NCBI GenBank assembly: GCA_013416795.1
Contig: RQSC01000004.1
Location: forward strand, 370,498 to 405,934
DNA from: Prasinococcaceae sp. CCMP 1430
Taxonomy: Eukaryota; Plantae; Prasinodermophyta
Direction of reading: 5' to 3'
DNA length: 35,437 nucleotides
The notes below the pieces were generated by a model. It saw nothing but the letters and a program-made list of their open reading frames with translations, was not told the DNA's origin and did not search any database. Positions 30,087 through 35,437 of the stretch are shown one piece after another (within the stretch, counting starts at the first letter, position 1; every line of letters begins with the position of its first letter). Both the position numbers and the translations under genes were made by a program.

Positions 30087-30593
30087 TGCTGCAGGTGCGC
30101 CGCAGCCACTGCGCCAGTGGCCGGCCTGCGGTGGGTGCGGCGCGGGTGCGGGGCGCGCGGCCGCGCGCCTGGTGGGAAAAGAGCGCGAGGGGGCGGCTCC
30201 GCTCGGCGCAGCNNNNNNNNNNNNNNNNNNNNNNNNNNNNNNNNNNNNNNNNNNNNNNNNNNNNNNNNNNNNNNNNNNNNNNNNNNNNNNNNNNNNNNNN
30301 NNNNNNNNNNNNNNNNNNNNNNNNNNNNNNNNNNNNNNNNNNNNNNNNNNNNNNNNNNNNNNNNNNNNNNNNNNNNNNNNNNNNNNNNNNNNNNNNNNNN
30401 NNNNNNNNNNNNNNNNNNNNNNNNNNNNNNNNNNNNNNNNNNNNNNNNNNNNNNNNNNNNNNNNNNNNNNNNNNNNNNNNNNNNNNNNNNNNNNNNNNNN
30501 NNNNNNNNNNNNNNNNNNNNNNNNNNNNNNNNNNNNNNNNNNNNNNNNNNNNNNNNNNNNGGGGCGCCTCGGCGCGCGCGCCGCAGCGGCGCG

Positions 30594-31058
30594 ATGGACG
30601 CGCTCACGCAGCTGCAGGAGCACGTGAACGCCATGTGCGCGCTCTTCTTCACGCACGTGGGCGTCGTGCAGCGCGACGCGCCGGCGGCCGCGGCGGACGG
30701 AGCGACCGCGCAGGCGGCGGCGGCGCAGACCCAGCCGAAGCAGGAGGCGCAGCCGGCCGGCGGCGCCCCGCCGCCGAAGACGGAGGCGCAGTTCCGCACC
30801 GAAATTGAAGAGATGGCGGCGGTGGTCTCGCAGGCGTCGGGCACAGTCGATGCGCTCATCGAAGCGCTGCCTGAGATGCCGCCGGAGAGCGAGCTCGACG
30901 AGCAGCTGCGTCAGGCGCATGCCGAGTCCGAAGCGCTGGAGGCCGAGCTCGTCAAGGCGCTCGGTGACGCCGAGGACAAACTGCAGCGCGCGAGGGAGGT
31001 CTACCGGCGCGGCACGGCACACGTCGAGAAGAAACCCCGCGCTCTCGGTGAGGAGTGA
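30594..31058 (+). CDS. MED21: Mediator subunit 21 (SRB7)
   Basis: MDALTQLQEHVN....FF..VG..QRDAP ... VDALIEALP followed by coiled coil. Confidence 0.92.
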   Translation: MDALTQLQEHVNAMCALFFTHVGVVQRDAPAAAADGATAQAAAAQTQPKQEAQPAGGAPPPKTEAQFRTEIEEMAAVVSQASGTVDALIEALPEMPPESELDEQLRQAHAESEALEAELVKALGDAEDKLQRAREVYRRGTAHVEKKPRALGEE

Positions 31059-31809
31059 GCGCCCCCAGGGTAGGCCGCCCGCTCGCGCGCTCCTCGCGCA
31101 GCAGCAGCAGCAGCAGCAGCGGCGGCGGCGGCGGCGGCGGCGGCGCGGGCGATGGCGCGGCGCGCACCCGGGTGCTTGCAACGGAGGCGCTCGCCCTCCC
31201 GGCCGAGCGTCTCGCCTCCGTCCTTGCCGTGCGATCGCTCGGCTCTGCTCGCGGCCGCGTGCGCTCTCAGTTGTACACAAAAGTTATCATAGACACGCGT
31301 GCTTGTACACGCGCCCATACGATTTATAGAAGCCAGCGCGTGGGCATGGGATGGGCGCGGCGACGTACACAGCGGGGCAATCGCCACCCCCTGAGGGGCA
31401 CGCTCCACCCGCCCATGGCCCCCGCGCAGCCACACCCGCATCGATCCCCGCCCTCGCACCTGAGGGAGACACGAGCGACCGATCACCGGTGCGATGTGCG
31501 CGCGCGCTTGTGGCCCCTTTGCTCGGCAGCCGGCTCGGGCGCGGCGCGGCGGGCGAGCACGCGGCGCCCCGAGTTCGCGGTGGCGGACACCTGGACGGTG
31601 GCGGGGGGGGAGGCCTCGCGCTCCTTGTCACCACCAGACAAGCAGCGCGGCATTTTCACTTGCGCGCCCTCCTGCGGGCAAGGAGGCGGCGCGCGCGGCC
31701 AACGCGCGTGAGCACTCGTCAGTGAGGGGCACCACGCACATCCGGGCGCAGGCGCTGCGTCTGGCGCGCTCGCGCGTACGTGCGCCTACCGCCGCGAGCG
31801 CCCACGCAC

Positions 31810-32838
31810 CTTGGCGTTGTGGTCCTCCAGAACGCGCTTCTGCAGCCGCAGGTTGCGCGGGCTGTTCTCCATCACCTCGGCCGCGCGCACCCAGGTGTCC
31901 AGTCGCTTGGACCAGCCGTGCCAGTGCAGCAGCGCGTGCCATTGCTCCCCCCCCTGTTCGCCCCCGCTCCCCTTGGGCTTGCGCAGCGCCAGCTTGACGA
32001 TCTTCGCCGCGTAGATGACGGGGCCATGGTAGGCGAGCACAGAGTCGTTGGCCTTGAAGTGGCAGGGCGCGACGTTCTCCTTCTCGGCCACCTCGGCGGG
32101 CTCCCGCTTGGCGGCGGCAGCGGCGGCCCGGGCGTCGACCTCCGCATCGACTTTGGCGTCGACGGCGGCCTCGGCCACGCGCTCCGCCAGAGCCGTCGGC
32201 GGCACGTCCCTCGACCTGGGCGACACTCGCTTCGCAGTTGCTGGCGGCGCGGCGGCGGGGTTGGCGGAGGTCACGCGTGCGGGCGGAGTGACCACGCGCG
32301 CTTCTTCGATCTCGTCGTCCGCCCCACTTCCCGCCGCAACAGGCTCGGTCGCAGCCTCGGTTGCCCCCTCCGCACGCGCTTCGTCATCCTGCTCCTCCGC
32401 CGCCTCGGGTGCGGGCGGGCGCGTCTCGGGGCCGCCTGCCCGGCGATGGCCCCCGGCATCGGCGCCCCCCTCTGCCCCGTCAGCGGATTCGAGCGCCGGC
32501 CGCGAGGCGACCGGGGCGGCTTCTTTGGCCGCCGCATTGGCGATGCAGGCCTCGGGAACGGCCTCAGCGCGCGCGAGCTCTGGCGCCGCTTGCTCGCCGG
32601 GCGTGTCCTCGCCAGACGTGTGCGGCTGCTCCTGGGCATGCGCCGCGTCCGCGCCCGAGTCGCCCACCAGCGCGGCGGTGTCCGCTGGCATCGCGTCGCC
32701 TTCACCCTGCGCCTTCCCGCCTTCGGCGCCGGCGATCTGCGCGTCCAAGTGCACGATCGCGCGCCGCAGCTCGGCCATGCGCTGGCCGCGCAGCGACTCG
32801 ATTGCCGCGTCGAGGGCGCCGGTCCCACCGCCGGCCAT
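31810..32838 (-). CDS. Tudor-knot (MRG15/Eaf3-type chromo-barrel) protein; termini uncertain
   Basis: F..NDSVLAYHGPVIYAAKIV...LHWHGWSKRLDTWV...VMENS.RNL..QKR, preceded by a long acidic Ala/Pro-rich region. Donor AAG|GTGCGT at 31809, probable acceptor at 31672. Confidence 0.75.
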
Positions 32839-33531
32839 CTCGTGCAGCGCAGCCTCGGCCGCGGCAGGCCGCGCGGGGGTGTGACTGTCGCGGCCCTTGC
32901 GCGACCCGCGGACCGGGCCCGCGCGCCCGTCGCCGACGTGTGCCACCGCGACCGCGCAGCCGGCCTTCCCTCTCCCTCGCCTTCCCCCCAGCGCGGGCGA
33001 GAGCGGAAGGGTCCCACCGCCCTTGCCCCCCCCCTGGGGGTCCAGGGCCAGGGACGGCGCAGCAGCACACAGCAGGGGGAGGGGGAGGGGGTCGCGCCGG
33101 CCGGCCGCACGCGCATTTCATCGATTTCGAATCGCATCCGAATTCGTTTCGGCCCGTTTCCGTTTCGGCAGGCCCGCCCACCCGGTGGTGCACACGTGGA
33201 TCCTGTCTCCATCATCGACGTTGCTGGTTCGGCGGCACGATGTGAAATGCAAAGCCATCCTTCGGATCGTAACTTCCTTCTGTCGGCTTCGGACCGGCCG
33301 CAGCTGCTCAGTGAAGCTCGCTTTCCGCGCGCGCGTGGCATGCAAACGAATGTGACGGATTTAAGATCTGGGAAATGAATGGGTCATATTCAGAATGATG
33401 TACACAACACAGAGATGTCTGTCATATTGCCGTGGATTGGGGAAGGCTCCTCGCGGTGGGCGGCGCGGCGGAAAAACAAGAAGCGCACGCGCGCGGCGGG
33501 GCGCGCGGCGGCGCTGCGCGGAAACGCTCAC

Positions 33532-33936
33532 CTCGTCGTGGTAAACTTGAAAGTTAACGCCGCGCGCGGCGTCTAGCAGCGCCCCCCGCACCCAGCCCGT
33601 GGGGCGGGGGGCGCCGATGCGCTCGAGCGCGCTCGTCGGGGCGTTCGTCGAGCCGGATGCGGACGCGCCGCCGCCGCCGCCAGCGGCCGCCATGGCATGC
33701 TGCCAGTATCTCATTGAAGTCGCGTTGTTTGATGCAGCCACGACCTCGGCTTCTCCGCTGTGTAGAGTGACGTAGGGTTGGTGTTTTGACGTCCAGTCAA
33801 TACGGTTACCACCTCTCATCGCCATAGGGGGCTCGCCCTTGAGGACCCCCCGCAAGACCTCGGTCAACGCCGCCGCTGCCGCCGCCGCGGCCACGCCGCC
33901 GGCGAGGCCGCCGCCGGAGACAGCGCGGGTGTCCAT
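33532..33936 (-). CDS. Hypothetical exon containing an in-frame Ty1/copia RNase H fragment
   Basis: GC-rich Ala/Gly flanks, donor GAG|GTGAGC at 33531; internal IDWTSKHQPYVTLHSGEAEVVAAS. Confidence 0.45.
33694..33825 (-). mobile_element. Ty1/copia RNase H fragment (132 bp)
   Basis: G..IDWTSKHQ..VT..SGEAEVVAAS matches the copia RNase H motif ISW.SK.Q..VA.SS.EAEY.A. GC drops relative to the flanks. CGCCAT occurs at 33688-33693 and 33820-33825. Confidence 0.7.
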
Positions 33937-34483
33937 CGGATCGAACGGCGCTTCGGAGGCACCGTCAAGGTCAATCGGGCCGAACGGCGCTTCGCTCGGC
34001 GCGCGCGGCGGGTCGGGGTGGCCATCGGAGCCGAGCAGCGGGTTGACGGCGACGCTGCTCGCGGACCACGTCACCAAAACCCAAATTTCGACCGAAACGA
34101 CCATCAGATCGCACGCGCTGCGCGCGCGGCGCGTCGGCGCATGCATTTTGATAGGAAATATCAAATCGAACGGTACCGCACGTGCGTGTCGTATCATTTC
34201 AACTCCGTCTCATTTCCGCGCGCCGCGCCTCGGCGGCGGCGGCGGCCGGCGCGCGCGCCCGCACTCTCTCGNNNNNNNNNNNNNNNNNNNNNNNNNNNNN
34301 NNNNNNNNNNNNNNNNNNNNNNNNNNNNNNNNNNNNNNNNNNNNNNNNNNNNNNNNNNNNNNNNNNNNNNNNNCTCCGCCGCCCCCGCGCGCGCCAAGCG
34401 GGCGGGGCGAGCCCGCGAAAGCTCCAGTTCCCGGGACGCGCGGTCGCGCGGTCGCGCGCGCGGAGCGATGGATGAACCATCAG

Positions 34484-34566
34484 TCTGTCAGTGCACACAA
34501 GTCCCTCCCACGTTCACTCGCGCGTACTCGTACGGTACCATCTGATGGCACGCTCTCATCATCAGA
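34484..34566 (-). ncRNA. Candidate box C/D snoRNA (no target identified)
   Basis: TCTG-ATGATGA ... CTGA-CAGA: perfect C and D boxes closed by a 4-bp terminal stem, 83 nt, in a low-GC island. Confidence 0.35.
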
Positions 34567-34723
34567 GCCAGGTGCCGGCGGGGGGGGACAAGAAAGGGCG
34601 GCAAAGTTTTCCCGCCCGCGCGCGCGCGCGCGTGGCGCGCGCGCGCGCGCGCCATCAAAGCGAAGGCGGACGCCCCGCGGCGGGGCGGGCGGAGGTTTGG
34701 GTTGGGGCGGGGCGCGGGCGGGG

Positions 34724-35437
34724 CGTGTCGCGCGCCGCGCGGACTACACGCGCTACGTCGAGTACGAGAAGGCGCTGAACGAGTTGCTCAAGAAGCGCCG
34801 GGCGAGACTGGGGCTGAGCGACCTCAAGAAGACCAAGGCGGACTACTCAGTGACCAAACACTGTGCCTTCGTGTACGAGCGCGCGCTGCGCAAGTTCAAG
34901 GACGACCAGTCCCTGTGGCGCGACTACTTTGCCTTCCTGCGCGCGACGCGCAGCCACAAGGCGCTGCAGAAGGCGCTCGCCAAGGCGCTCGCGCTGCACC
35001 CGACGTCGGCGGGCATGTGGCTGTACGCCGCGGGCTTCGAGTACTCCGTGCAGGGCAACGCCGCCGCCGCGCGCAAGCTGCTGCAGCGCGGCCTGCGCAT
35101 GAATGGCGGCTCGCAGCGGCTGTGGGTGGAGAGCTTCGCCTTTGAGCTGCGGTACGCGCGCGGGCTGCGCCTGCGCCGCGAGACGCTCGGCCTGTCGATG
35201 CCCGTCGACGGAGGGGAGGAGGACCCCGGCAGGGCGGCGCTCGCAGAGGTGCTTGCTGGCGAGGCAGGCGCGCGCGTCGTGCGCAACGCGTGCGACGCGG
35301 AGCAATCAAAGGTGGCCGACAAGGCGGCGCTGGCCGCCGCGCTCGCCGCGAAGCTCGGCGAGACGCGGCTGGGCGGCGAGCAGCCGCGCGCGGCGGCGGC
35401 GGTCGACGCGGCGCTCGCAGCGCACGCGGACGATGCG
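34724..35437 (+). CDS. UTP6: U3 snoRNA-associated protein 6 (HAT repeats); N-terminus missing, runs off window
   Basis: DYTRYVEYEKALNELLKKRR...VYERALRKFKDD.SLW..Y...ALALHP....MWLYAA.FEY...GN..AARKLLQRGLRMN..S..LW...F.FEL.Y. This frame is absent from the ORF track because it has no stop in the window. Confidence 0.9.

Noticed and set aside
26763-31280. 1505-aa ORF spanning the N-gap
   Set aside because: The upstream part is antisense MED21 plus Ns; the F-box gene plausibly starts at ATG 30086.
1-35437. Numerous long overlapping Arg/Ala/Pro/Gly-rich ORFs in the six-frame track
   Set aside because: Shadow ORFs from extreme GC and scarce stops; they are antisense or off-frame to recognisable genes and carry no motifs.

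Overview
A very GC-rich, gene-dense eukaryotic nuclear window with four N-gaps. Its short introns typically run GTGCG...CTGAC...CAG, as in a compact unicellular alga or protist; I cannot identify the species from sequence alone. It holds about 17 protein-coding loci. Recognisable ones: an aldo/keto reductase, Polo-like kinase, choline transporter-like protein (5' end missing), DUF4347 protein, Gln-rich EF-hand protein, Sfi1/CCDC191-like coiled-coil protein, TrmO, VPS25, ubiquilin/DSK2, KTI12, NECAP, CDC26, an alpha/beta hydrolase, an F-box/LRR protein, MED21, a Tudor-knot protein and UTP6 (5' end missing). There is also an intron-containing tRNA-Cys(GCA) followed by a low-GC degenerate transposase-like island. 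Most notable observations: (1) single-hairpin H/ACA-like RNAs in the long ubiquilin intron, one matching a conserved LSU pseudouridine site; (2) a 132-bp Ty1/copia RNase H fragment inserted in frame in a host-like ORF between 6-bp direct repeats; (3) an in-frame TAG inside an otherwise continuous CDS; (4) an orphan histone-tail-like exon; (5) a DUF4347/CTL junction. Several abrupt junctions could be assembly dropouts rather than biology. All family assignments come from motif recognition by eye; no database search was run.
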